Shown: positions 29,753 to 38,930 of the stretch, piece by piece
How the letters are laid out: each line of letters starts with the position of its first letter
Position numbering within the stretch: position 1 is the stretch's first letter
Assembly (NCBI GenBank): GCA_963703285.1
Contig: OY969807.1
Span: 1,600,001 to 1,664,000, forward strand
DNA from: an uncultured Nitrososphaerota archaeon
GTDB lineage: Archaea > Thermoproteota > Nitrososphaeria > Nitrososphaerales > Gagatemarchaeaceae
DNA: 64,000 nt
Reading direction: 5' to 3'
The notes under the pieces: model-generated
The model's database searches: none
The model's input: the letters and a program-made list of their open reading frames with translations, nothing else
What the model was told of the DNA's origin: nothing
Program-made: the position numbers and the translations under genes

Positions 29753-31681
29753 ATGAACGTCTCAACATTCACGAAGAAGACCAAGCACGAGATTATCGGC
29801 TTCCTGATCCTGATAGCCTCCCTGCTGGTCTACAGCCGCAAGCCCGCGCTGATTCTCGTCGCTTTCGTTCCCATCGCTCTGGCCGCGCTCCTGATTATGA
29901 GAACGAGAATACTGAAGAAGTTCGCCCGAACCCCGATCAGGCAGGTTCCCTTCGCCGACCTCCTGGAGCCCATCACAGAATACAGACAATCCTCTTCGGG
30001 TAGAAGCGGTCCCGAGATAGTCAGATACGGGAGGCGTGAGATACCTCTCGTCAGACGGATAGACCACTGCTACGTGAACTTTGGCGAATACATCGGGCGA
30101 AAAGGGAACCCTTCCGTGATGGTCTGCGGACGCTCCGGCATGGGCAAGAGCGAGCTGATGAACGTCCTCTTGCTCTCCGCGAAGGAACCGAAGACAGTCT
30201 TCTCATTCAAGTCGAACGATACCTACCTTCGCATGCCGTACCAGGTGATAGATGTCTCCAAGCACATTCCTGACCCATTCCAGGATGCGGATGCGTTCTC
30301 GATAGCCTTCACCTTGGCCTTTCCAGCGAACGTGAGGGGCATCACCTTCTCACAGGTGAGGGCGATTGTCAAGAGTGCGGCACGCGAAAGCAAGAACTGG
30401 GTAGAGTTCAAGGACAACCTCAAGCGCACGGAGAGGAAGGCCACGGACATACAGAAGGAGGCGCTGGCGCTGATAGAGGCTCAGATTGGTGGTCTAGTCA
30501 TCGGGGAGGGTTCCTTTAGCATAGACCTTGCCACGGATACCGTTCTAGATTTCTCTCATCTGGACGAGAGCGCGAAGACGTTCTACGCCGAAATTGCTCT
30601 GAGGCAGATATGGAGTTCGCTGACTGACAGACTTGGCGCCCAAGAGAAGAGAAGGACGCTCATCGTGATAGACGAGGTTCACAGACTCACCCAGCTCTAT
30701 GAGACGGAAGCGAGGACGATAGTTGATACTCTCATGCGGCAGGTCAGACAGTTCGGCGCCCTCTACACGGCCACCCAGAACTACTCGGACATACCGGACG
30801 CACTCAGGAACCAGTTTGCGACGCAGCTTACCTTCAACACCACATCAGAGAGGGATTTGGAGGCGATACGCAAGATAGACTCCGCTTACGTCTGGATAGT
30901 GAAGGAACTTCGCCCGCATCAGTTCATGGACCTCACTTTTCGGGTGGGGAACGGCGGCATAGTCCCAATCTTCAGGGCGGACAGGGTTGAGCTTCCAGAG
31001 CGGCAGACGCAGTATGACAAGCCCGCCAACGTCGCCCTCATCCAGCAGAAGACCATAGACGCCATTGACTATGAGAGCGAGATACTGGCCATACTGAGGA
31101 AGGAACCGCTACACCAGACGGGGATAGACCGCGCCCTCGGCATCGAGAGGGAGGACAGCAGGAGACTAGTCGTGAAGAAGGAGCTGAAGAAGCTGCTCGA
31201 CGGAGACGAGATAGGGCGCATTCGATATCTCGACTCGACCGGAAAGGGGAAGGTTCTGTATTACCTCAGGGACCCGAACCTCTCGCCCATCCACGACTAC
31301 ATGCAGAGGGATGCGGTGAGCATACTCACGGCTAGCGGCGTGCGGGTATCGAGGATGAACGCCACTGGTGACGGGTCAGTTCCAGACATCGAGACGCCAG
31401 AATTTGACATAGAGATAGAGACGGGATTGAAGCACTCAGGAGCAGACTTGCAGGAACGACTCTCCAAGAGCACTAAGAGGGTGATCATCCTGGCACCAAA
31501 CTACGAGGAAGCGGGACGGTATTCGCGCTACGCCTCGGAGAGAGTCAAGGTAGCAACAATGCCCGAGCTGAAGGAAGCTATTGGAGCAGGAGCAGGAGCA
31601 AACGAGAGCCAAGCCGAGCCCCCTCACGCCCCCCTGAAGGAGGGAGGGGAGCCGACCCGTAGGGTCGGGGAGGGAACGTAA
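29753..31681 (+). CDS. Membrane-anchored HerA/VirD4-like ATPase fused to wHTH and a PD-(D/E)xK-like domain
   Basis: Two N-terminal hydrophobic helices, GRSGMGKS, IVIDEVH, R-QFG, ATQ; C-terminal PDIE...DIEIETG. Confidence 0.75.
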   Translation: MNVSTFTKKTKHEIIGFLILIASLLVYSRKPALILVAFVPIALAALLIMRTRILKKFARTPIRQVPFADLLEPITEYRQSSSGRSGPEIVRYGRREIPLVRRIDHCYVNFGEYIGRKGNPSVMVCGRSGMGKSELMNVLLLSAKEPKTVFSFKSNDTYLRMPYQVIDVSKHIPDPFQDADAFSIAFTLAFPANVRGITFSQVRAIVKSAARESKNWVEFKDNLKRTERKATDIQKEALALIEAQIGGLVIGEGSFSIDLATDTVLDFSHLDESAKTFYAEIALRQIWSSLTDRLGAQEKRRTLIVIDEVHRLTQLYETEARTIVDTLMRQVRQFGALYTATQNYSDIPDALRNQFATQLTFNTTSERDLEAIRKIDSAYVWIVKELRPHQFMDLTFRVGNGGIVPIFRADRVELPERQTQYDKPANVALIQQKTIDAIDYESEILAILRKEPLHQTGIDRALGIEREDSRRLVVKKELKKLLDGDEIGRIRYLDSTGKGKVLYYLRDPNLSPIHDYMQRDAVSILTASGVRVSRMNATGDGSVPDIETPEFDIEIETGLKHSGADLQERLSKSTKRVIILAPNYEEAGRYSRYASERVKVATMPELKEAIGAGAGANESQAEPPHAPLKEGGEPTRRVGEGT

Positions 31682-31690
31682 GTGCCCTCA

Positions 31691-31842
31691 CCGCTTCGAT
31701 AGTAGAGGGCTCACGGAGCCCGACGTTAGGAGGGCGAACCCCGCAGCTTTAGCGGAGGGTCGAACGAGCGGAGGCGGAAGAGGGGGCAGGGGGTGAATTC
31801 CGCCGTAGCGAGCGAGAGTGAGAACTCTACTATCGAGAGCGG
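31691..31842. repeat. Long inverted repeat enclosing GC-rich hairpins (possible oriT or replication origin)
   Basis: CCGCTTCGATAGTAGAG (31691-31707) and CTCTACTATCGAGAGCGG (31825-31842); internal GGGCTC-ACG-GAGCCC hairpin; non-coding. Confidence 0.6.
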
Positions 31843-31932
31843 CTCAGGATCTGTAATCAGAGCTCAATCGGCATTTGGACTTCAGATAAACTGCCATTTG
31901 CTTAAAAGTGGTCACTAATAATCCAAAACTGA

Positions 31933-32289
31933 ATGGCAAGTGATACAGGTGAAGATACTTGGTTGACCGCTAGAGAAATCATAATTGGAGTCGGATTTCT
32001 CAGCGGTCTCGGCGCTGAACCTATCACAGTTGCATCTAACGCATTTCAGAAATACTTCGCGGTTTTAGCTCCGCAATATTCGTGGATTTTCTTTATCGCT
32101 CCTTACCTGTTGATAATCGTTTCAGTCCTTATCATGTATGGAATAAGCGAACCTCACTGGCTTGGTCTATTGGCTCTCTTTCTTGGTTTTGTTTCAGGCG
32201 TCCTCACTCTGAAGGTCAGTGATTACTTCGTCTTCTTGGCATTTGGTGCACTATTCATCGGAGCTGTGGCGACAAATCATCAATCGTGA
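31933..32289 (+). CDS. Hypothetical membrane protein (element cargo)
   Basis: 118 aa with about 4 hydrophobic segments; low GC. Confidence 0.7.
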   Translation: MASDTGEDTWLTAREIIIGVGFLSGLGAEPITVASNAFQKYFAVLAPQYSWIFFIAPYLLIIVSVLIMYGISEPHWLGLLALFLGFVSGVLTLKVSDYFVFLAFGALFIGAVATNHQS

Positions 32290-32399
32290 CGATGATATCT
32301 GTCTCAGTGGCAATTAAATCGGATTCGAAGATATTAAATCAGACTAAACATGGTTAAGGGCCCAAGGGAGAAGTCTGCCCAAGAGACCAAACAGGGTTC

Positions 32400-33356
32400 G
32401 TGCCATTGCCATCAGTAATTAAGATACTGAGACTCAGACAGATAATTCTTCATTCAAGTCCCGAAGTCAGAGAAATAACAGATGAATACACGTTCTACAA
32501 CGACTCCAAGCAGAGCCAGAATTTCATAGTGATTGAAGCTTATGCATACAAAATTAACTTGCACATCTACGACAATGATGGATCCGAATTGCCTGTCTAC
32601 CCTAACGACTTCGTGAGACACTTGTTAGGGCAATTTCGTGAGGAATGGGCAACCAGTCTTCTTACCGATATAAATCAACGCAAACGCTATGTTCAGATTA
32701 TTCCGCTTCCTCCTGAAAGGCCGATTCATGCGGGAGAAGCCCGAGTAATTCGGTTCACCTATCAAGACGCGAGCATTACAAAAAATGTATCTCGGAAAAG
32801 AGCCCTCCTCAACATACCGAAGTTCAAAGTCCAAGTCGAGAAGGCTGCTAACGAAGGATTCCTTACGCACATTCTAATCTCATCTCCCGCTGATTTCGAC
32901 TTGCGAAATCAAAAGCCAATCCTGTACAAAATCGAATCAGACGGCAGTAAGTCGCCGCTCACTATGACAGACCATTATCATGTCTCAGTTTTTAATCACG
33001 TAGCCGAATTTACCGTTCCGGACGCGACCTTTCCATTGTCTTTCGATGCCACATACTACATCTATCCAAACCGAGTGGAATCGATACTCTTTCGAGGTCT
33101 ATTTTATGCTCTAACTGCATTCGCCTTGTTTGCATTTCTGTCCGTGGTAGGCTGCCTAAACGACATACTTGTTCTGCGAGCGTTGGTTAGCGGCATCAAT
33201 AAGTCGGATTACATCTTGACCGGGACAATAGTTGCGATTTACCTAGGCTTCTTTGGTCTCATAACCAACCCGCTCACGCACAGGATAAAATTGTGGATGT
33301 TGTTCCCATTAGCTGTATCCATTGTGACGCTTATAGTTGGCAATCAATTACACTAG
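32400..33356 (+). CDS. Hypothetical protein with three C-terminal TM helices (element cargo)
   Basis: 318-aa ORF with a beta-rich soluble part and a hydrophobic C-terminus; low GC. Confidence 0.7.
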   Translation: MPLPSVIKILRLRQIILHSSPEVREITDEYTFYNDSKQSQNFIVIEAYAYKINLHIYDNDGSELPVYPNDFVRHLLGQFREEWATSLLTDINQRKRYVQIIPLPPERPIHAGEARVIRFTYQDASITKNVSRKRALLNIPKFKVQVEKAANEGFLTHILISSPADFDLRNQKPILYKIESDGSKSPLTMTDHYHVSVFNHVAEFTVPDATFPLSFDATYYIYPNRVESILFRGLFYALTAFALFAFLSVVGCLNDILVLRALVSGINKSDYILTGTIVAIYLGFFGLITNPLTHRIKLWMLFPLAVSIVTLIVGNQLH

Positions 33357-33644
33357 ACTCGCTGACAGTTATCATGTTTCATGCACGAAGGTACTGAACC
33401 TGTATCAATCAACGAAATGGTTTCACGCGCCATACGAAAACAATAATAGGTGCACATCTTCGTCTAATGCTATGGCAGAGCGGAAGAAGATGGAATTGAC
33501 AAGCGCGAAGTTTCAAGAACTACTGATAAAAGTAACTCCGCCGCAAACCGAGCCCGGCGGAAAGGATCCATGAGATCTAGAAAAGTAACCGAGTCGTAGC
33601 AAACTCCTTAACTGTTAAATATAAACCATCATCAATCGAGATTC

Positions 33645-34190
33645 TTGGTCTCCACTCTCCTTCAGGGAGATTGCGTCATCTGGAGAAATAATGTTGGTGG
33701 CCGCAAGATGTTTAGCTCCTTATGGTTCGATGAAAAGATACAGAAATTTCAAATTATGGCAAATGGGGTCACGGTGACCAGTTTTTCCCCATATATTGTT
33801 ACCTCGATTCGAGTTTCAGAAACGGGAGCTCTCCGAAAGAAAGCGACACTCGCGCTTGTCGTAAAATTCTCTGATGGAGACGTAACCTTCGCGTACACGG
33901 TTCCAAACAAGAGCGAGCCCCAAGCGATAAAGACAAACCTTGAAAGAATTGTACGCGCGTCCGTTGCAACAGAAAATGTGATTCGCTTGCTGGGTGGAAA
34001 AGAGACCACGTCCATCTTAGAGGTGACTGAAATGCTCTCAAAGTTTTATTCACCCGCAACTGATATCATGGCCCGAAAAATCATAGAGGACGGCATATCG
34101 TCGGGAAGAGTAGAGGGAATTCTCGAAGGACAGATGTTTGTTAGCAAATATGCTTTGCAGAAACGAAGTAAGCATTCCGGGATTGCCTAG
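33645..34190 (+). CDS. Hypothetical protein, possible PH-like plus PCI/winged-helix domains
   Basis: C-terminal ARKIIEDGISSGRVEGIL resembles the end of PCI wHTH domains. Confidence 0.55.
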   Translation: MVSTLLQGDCVIWRNNVGGRKMFSSLWFDEKIQKFQIMANGVTVTSFSPYIVTSIRVSETGALRKKATLALVVKFSDGDVTFAYTVPNKSEPQAIKTNLERIVRASVATENVIRLLGGKETTSILEVTEMLSKFYSPATDIMARKIIEDGISSGRVEGILEGQMFVSKYALQKRSKHSGIA

Positions 34191-34202
34191 CGCAGGAGCC
34201 TC

Positions 34203-34892
34203 CTAACTCGGACTTGACGTTGCCACAGGCCATAATGTCTTGTAGATTGGAAGCAGCCCGATTCTTTGCTCTCGGGCTTTTTCGTCCAACACTTTGTAGC
34301 TAGAAAACAAGTAGTAGGTTTGACCATCGTCTCGTAGTCCAGAGCCCGACCAGAAACGCCCTCCAAGGACGTGCTTCGCACTGGTCACAAGGTTGGCAAG
34401 ATTCGGCACTTGTTCGAGTTCTTTCAAATCTGTTATCTTCTTTGTGTTTTTGGGTACTGCGCAAGAAAGCTTGTAATGTACGCGTTTGTTGCCGCTTTTG
34501 GTATCGAATGTGGTTTCTATCGGAATTGTGACCTCCGCCACTTCCAATGCAGATAATGCAGTCGAGACCTGTGAGATCGGCTTATTCTTTATTGCGCCTG
34601 GATACCAAGCGCCAACCTGGAGTGCGATTGGTCCGATGTAGAAACTTTGAACGTACAATTTGAGTAAAGCAGGATTCCCCTTCTGAACTTGTCTTGGTCC
34701 TAACGTGCCATTGTAAATCAAACCATCATGTCTGAAGGCAACCTTGAATCCGAGTTGTGATATCCAGTTTGGGAACTCTCCCTTGAGGCTGTTGAGCAAG
34801 AGATCAAGAGGAAAGAGGAGAATCGTAGAGCATTTAGGGCATCTCTGAATTGTTGGAGCAGAATACAATCCGCACTTGGGACAAGAGGGCAC
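34203..34892 (-). CDS. Zinc-ribbon-containing hypothetical protein
   Basis: N-terminal CPKC...CPKC. Confidence 0.65.
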   Translation of the reverse strand: MPSCPKCGLYSAPTIQRCPKCSTILLFPLDLLLNSLKGEFPNWISQLGFKVAFRHDGLIYNGTLGPRQVQKGNPALLKLYVQSFYIGPIALQVGAWYPGAIKNKPISQVSTALSALEVAEVTIPIETTFDTKSGNKRVHYKLSCAVPKNTKKITDLKELEQVPNLANLVTSAKHVLGGRFWSGSGLRDDGQTYYLFSSYKVLDEKAREQRIGLLPIYKTLWPVATSSPS

Positions 34893-35054
34893 ATCTTTTA
34901 TTCTAAGGATTGTTATATGAGTCTAATGCCTGATTCCCTACAATGACTCTTTTGCTGACCAAGATGTAGATGCAAGGAGGATGCTGAGGATCGCATGTAA
35001 TGATTTACTAGCTAGATTTTTTTAGATTACCGATTCGAACCCGAAGGAATAAAT

Positions 35055-35070
35055 TCCCACCCCCCGCACC
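35055..35070 (+). repeat. attR: duplicated 3' end of tRNA-Leu(CAG)
   Basis: Identical to 27340-27355. Confidence 0.9.
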
Positions 35071-35283
35071 AAACATCTGAATCGCCCGAGTGTTGGTACT
35101 CCCTCCAGCGAGCTGGAGTCTAGCAACCTGTTCAATCGTTCGCTGATTGTACCTGAGACGAAACGCTTGGGACCGTTCATTGATTGGCGGGTACGGGGGA
35201 TTGAAATGGTTTAACGATTGTATCAATTGTTTTTCGTCTGACCGGTGAAATGAGGTCATGATGGAAGTGACATTTGGTCGTCA

Positions 35284-35541
35284 TTGGAAGCAGTTGCACA
35301 ATACGTGGACCATAAGACAGAGCTCGAAGGACGGATTGAAGCGCTCGAGGCGGAGCAGGCATCGCTCATCGCGGACATCTCAGCCCTGAAGGAGAAATTA
35401 GCAACGCTGGAGTTGGAGAGGCATGTCTCTTCGCTCGCCAGCGATGTTGAGGCACTTCGCACTGAGAAGACAGTCCTGGAGGAGAAGATCGCGTCCTACG
35501 CCGTCGAGTCAACGGCTCCGAACGAAGGCTATCAGGTTTAA
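35284..35541 (+). CDS. Small coiled-coil protein
   Basis: Heptad pattern across 85 aa. Confidence 0.65.
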   Translation: MEAVAQYVDHKTELEGRIEALEAEQASLIADISALKEKLATLELERHVSSLASDVEALRTEKTVLEEKIASYAVESTAPNEGYQV

Positions 35542-35963
35542 CGGAACTTCGATACCTTCTCTTCGAGCTCTCCCTTCTCTTTTCTGAGATAGGAGACTTG
35601 GCCTTCCAGCGCGCTCACCTTGATTTCCAGTTGCTTGAGTTGGGATTCCTTCTCCTTTTGCTTTAGGGCTTCCTGCAACTCCTCTTGGTCCTTCACCAGA
35701 CCGTTGACCCTCTGCTCCAGTTCTTGGTTGGTTGTACGCATGTCACGAAGGTCGCTTTGAATCTTCTTCAGCTGATCCTCGGCGACAACCAGATATTTTT
35801 GGCGACTGACTATCACAGGAAACTTCGTATTGCACTTCGAGCATTGGTACATCCCGACCTTCCTCTGGGTAAGTCCGTGTTCTCCCTCGTTAGGCTCGAC
35901 TATGACGGTGAAGACCTTTGAGGGCGTATCGGCGGCGGTTCCACAACTGGGACATGCTGGCAA
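35538..35963 (-). CDS. Zinc-ribbon plus coiled-coil protein
   Basis: CPSC...CSKC followed by long heptad repeats. Confidence 0.7.
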   Translation of the reverse strand: MPACPSCGTAADTPSKVFTVIVEPNEGEHGLTQRKVGMYQCSKCNTKFPVIVSRQKYLVVAEDQLKKIQSDLRDMRTTNQELEQRVNGLVKDQEELQEALKQKEKESQLKQLEIKVSALEGQVSYLRKEKGELEEKVSKFR

Positions 35964-36008
35964 CTTCTAGCGCGTCCGGTACAGCTTGGCCTGTTGTGTT
36001 AAGTCTTG

Positions 36009-36290
36009 CTACTCGCGGATTGATTCGAGTTCTGAGACGGCCGACCAGAGCGTAACCCTGGCGAAGGAGGGCATGTTCGGGTCCTGTGCTACTTCATCCA
36101 GCATGCTAATCGCGTTCGCCGCTCTCACAGCGACGCTCAGCTTGGAATCCTGGAGGACGACCATTGAGTCCTTGACGATTTTTCGGATGTTTCTGGGAGT
36201 GATGTTCGAGTCGGCGATTTGTTGAAGGCTCGCGCTCGCCTTCATGAGCCTGCTGTCATTCTCTTGTTGTTTCTTGATTTTTGTGCTCAA
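36009..36290 (-). CDS. UPF0147 family protein
   Basis: DSNITPRNIR, DPNMPSFAR...SELES. Confidence 0.88.
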   Translation of the reverse strand: MSTKIKKQQENDSRLMKASASLQQIADSNITPRNIRKIVKDSMVVLQDSKLSVAVRAANAISMLDEVAQDPNMPSFARVTLWSAVSELESIRE

Positions 36291-36421
36291 ATGTAACGCC
36301 TAGTGCGAGTTTCCACAGCCTTCTTTTGGGGGCATATGTGGTTTTCCATTGAGGAACACCGCTTCCCGAGAGCGGCTCTCGTGCGAATGATTAATAGGTT
36401 GGGCCCAGCAAACGAATCCAG

Positions 36422-36763
36422 ATGAGCAAATCGCGCGAGAAGATGCAGCTCACGGTAGAGTTGATGAGGCGCGGAGCTGTGATGATGAAAGAACCGTGCG
36501 CTCTCGACAATGGGGTCCAGATGAGGTACAAAGGGAAGGTCTACTGTACCACGCATGACGACCTTGATGCGGCGCTCTCGGCTAAGGAAATCACGTTTGG
36601 TGACGTGGCAGTGACCATGACGGACATGCTGCTAATCAAGATCAAGGAGAATATGGCTTCGCTCCAGAACGAGAAGGACCCTCAGAAGCAGGATCAGATT
36701 GTCTCCCTGATGGCAAAGTGCGTGGACCTGCTGAACAAGCTGGAATCAGCACAAAGAACTTAA
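36422..36763 (+). CDS. UPF0148 / SSSCA1-like zinc-ribbon protein
   Basis: ELMRRGAVMMKEPC...KGKVYC; divergent from UPF0147 as usual in archaea. Confidence 0.75.
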   Translation: MSKSREKMQLTVELMRRGAVMMKEPCALDNGVQMRYKGKVYCTTHDDLDAALSAKEITFGDVAVTMTDMLLIKIKENMASLQNEKDPQKQDQIVSLMAKCVDLLNKLESAQRT

Positions 36764-36787
36764 GATTACGGAACGTCTGGGCACAAC

Positions 36788-37261
36788 ATGGTCCTTAGAG
36801 TCGGCCAGCGTGTCCCGGACTTCGTTCTCCCCGACCAGTCAAAACAGGACCGGAGACTTTCTGAGTTCGTCCAGAAGGGGAATGTGGTTCTTGCGTTCTT
36901 TCCGTTCGCCTTCTCCGGAACGTGTGACAGAGAGATGTGCACCTTCAGGGACAGCATGACCAAGCTGAACGGATTACAGGCGAGCGTTGTCGGCATCAGC
37001 GTGGACAGCCTATTCACTCTCAGGGTGTTTGCGCAGACTTACAGCCTGGAATATACTCTCCTGAGCGATTTCAACAAGAAGGTCTCCCGGGCCTTCCATG
37101 TGTTGCAGGATCCTTGGGTGGATTTCGGCTACAGGGGGGTCGCAAAGCGTTCGGTGTTCGTGCTGGACCGGAAGGGGATACTGCGATACAGATGGGTCAC
37201 CGACGTGCCCAGCGAAGAGCCGCCGTACGACGAAGTGATGGCGTCGCTGACGAAACTGTAG
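36788..37261 (+). CDS. Peroxiredoxin (AhpE/BCP-like)
   Basis: FFPFAFSGTCDREMC, GISVDS, LLSDFN, KRSVFV. Confidence 0.9.
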   Translation: MVLRVGQRVPDFVLPDQSKQDRRLSEFVQKGNVVLAFFPFAFSGTCDREMCTFRDSMTKLNGLQASVVGISVDSLFTLRVFAQTYSLEYTLLSDFNKKVSRAFHVLQDPWVDFGYRGVAKRSVFVLDRKGILRYRWVTDVPSEEPPYDEVMASLTKL

Positions 37262-37300
37262 GCTTGTTTTTATAGCACTGGTGAGGGGAATCCGAGAAAG

Positions 37301-37660
37301 ATGTCCCAGGAAGTCAAGGAGATCAAGCCGGTCGTCGAGATAACACCCGCGGCAGCTCAGGAACTCAGGGTGTATCTTGAAAAGCAAGGCAAGGCCGATG
37401 GCGGTTTGCGAGTCTTCGTCTCCGCGGGTGGTTGTTCTGGGCTTTCCTACGGGATGGTCCCGGAAGACAAGACCACCGAGGATGACTACGTCATTACGCA
37501 GCACGGTGCAAGGCTGATAGTCGACAAGTCCAGCATGCCTTTCATAGCAGGTTCGCTCATCGACTTCCAGTCCGACAAGCTCATGGGCGGCGGTTTTGTG
37601 GTCAAGAACCCCAACGCCGTCTCTACTTGTGGATGTGGGGAATCGTTCAAGACCGCCTAG
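37301..37660 (+). CDS. HesB/IscA Fe-S cluster carrier
   Basis: GGCSGLSY, NPNAVSTCGCGESF. Confidence 0.93.
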   Translation: MSQEVKEIKPVVEITPAAAQELRVYLEKQGKADGGLRVFVSAGGCSGLSYGMVPEDKTTEDDYVITQHGARLIVDKSSMPFIAGSLIDFQSDKLMGGGFVVKNPNAVSTCGCGESFKTA

Positions 37661-37704
37661 TTCCATTTCGAATCAGATAAAGCGCAAACTGCATGCGAAG
37701 GAGG

Positions 37705-37875
37705 CGCCGGGAGTGGGACTTTCACCCATCGAGAAACTCGCTCATCGAGTTTCCTCCTGGGATTTGAACCCACATGCCCCAGAGGGGCACGGGCTGACTT
37801 GCCAGTCGATCTCGAGTTGCGTATTCGCCTCGTCGGCGAATTGCCCGCGCGTTGGCCAGACTCCGCCATCCCGGC
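37705..37875 (-). tRNA. tRNA-Ser(CGA) with three introns (31/32, 26 nt; ~37/38, 15 nt; 59/60, 44 nt)
   Basis: GCCGGGA/TCCCGGC-G, reconstructed CGGGC-CTCGAGA-GCCCG, variable arm TGCCCC-TCT-GGGGCA, BHB at 59/60 (TTCA/TGAA); mature length 86 nt. Confidence 0.9.
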
Positions 37876-37965
37876 AAAGCTACCGGTCATCGTGCCCTCT
37901 TTATCCTTTGCAGATGAGATACGGTTCGATCTTGAGAGCGGCGGGCCTTGGGCCCGTGTGCGAGA

Positions 37966-38760
37966 TTAGACCTTGACGAACTTGGGGCGCCAGCTTCTGG
38001 TCTTGTCAGGTAGCTCCGTGAACTCGAAGTCTGCGTAGATTAGCGGAAACTTCTCCTTCATGATGCGCGCGACCTTGTCGAAGACGTATCTTATCTCGAC
38101 TTCGGCTGCTTCGGCCGTGCGCATTGTGATTACGTGCCTGATCGTGCGATGGTTGGCGGTCCAGACTATCGACGTGGCCATCCCGTCGGGCGCAATCCGC
38201 CTCAGGGCGGACGTCACACGCTTCTTGGCGTCGAAGTTCATGCTCTCCCAGTCGAACTCCCGTTCGAGCTCCCTGTAGTTTCCTTCGATGTTCTCGACAA
38301 TGGTCTTGAGCTGGGCTCTCCGGTCGGCGAGTTCCGGTGGGAGCCAGAACCCCAACTCGGAGGGGCGCACGTACCTGAGGGACTCCTGGCTGATTGCCGT
38401 CCCGACCCTGTGCCTGACGAGCTCGTGTGTGAAAACCCTGCTAACGTTGACGAAGGCGAAGGTGCAACTGGAGTGCTCGAAAATCGATCCGTCGCCCTTC
38501 GATAGCGTGTTCTGGATGTATTCCTCCGAGCTCTGACGAATCTTCGTGACGTTCGGGTTGAGCCCGACGCCGAAGCTCTTGTAGCAAACCCGTCCTGCAA
38601 CCTCGGTCAGCAACTCTCCCTCTGACTTCGACACCTTCTGGGTCTTTGAGAGCCACGCCAGCGCTGTAGTCCCGCCAATCGCTCTCAGCATCTCTTGGAG
38701 TTGTGTTGGGTCGATCTTGGTCTCGCCTATCATGTAGACTTGGGGTTCGACGAACTTCAT
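37966..38760 (-). CDS. thyX: FAD-dependent thymidylate synthase
   Basis: SIFEH, THELVRHR...SQESLRY, AEVEIR. Confidence 0.95.
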   Translation of the reverse strand: MKFVEPQVYMIGETKIDPTQLQEMLRAIGGTTALAWLSKTQKVSKSEGELLTEVAGRVCYKSFGVGLNPNVTKIRQSSEEYIQNTLSKGDGSIFEHSSCTFAFVNVSRVFTHELVRHRVGTAISQESLRYVRPSELGFWLPPELADRRAQLKTIVENIEGNYRELEREFDWESMNFDAKKRVTSALRRIAPDGMATSIVWTANHRTIRHVITMRTAEAAEVEIRYVFDKVARIMKEKFPLIYADFEFTELPDKTRSWRPKFVKV

Positions 38761-38930
38761 TCCTAGGAAGCTCCGACCGGTTGTGTTAATTAATCTGTAC
38801 TATCGTATGATGCATTTGGACTAGTGGGGCTTATCTGCGATGTTTACATTAATACGGGAATGCACCTCAGAGAGGTGGCAGCGAATGCTTTGCATTGTGA
38901 CTCATAGAAGAGTCGCGGGCTCGTGATACC

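Larger units (their letters stand above)
27340..35070. mobile_element. Integrated element (~7.7 kb) at the 3' end of tRNA-Leu(CAG)
   Basis: Exact direct repeat TCCCACCCCCCGCACC at 27340-27355 and 35055-35070; integrase next to the tRNA; visibly AT-richer cargo from ~31850 to 35050. Confidence 0.9.

Noticed and set aside
33468-33573. Tiny ORF MAERKKMELTSAKFQELLIKVTPPQ...
   Set aside because: Too short to support without homology evidence
35190-36360. ORB-like words at ~35241, ~36308 and ~36340
   Set aside because: Weak matches lacking the G-string and paired arrangement; not enough for an origin call
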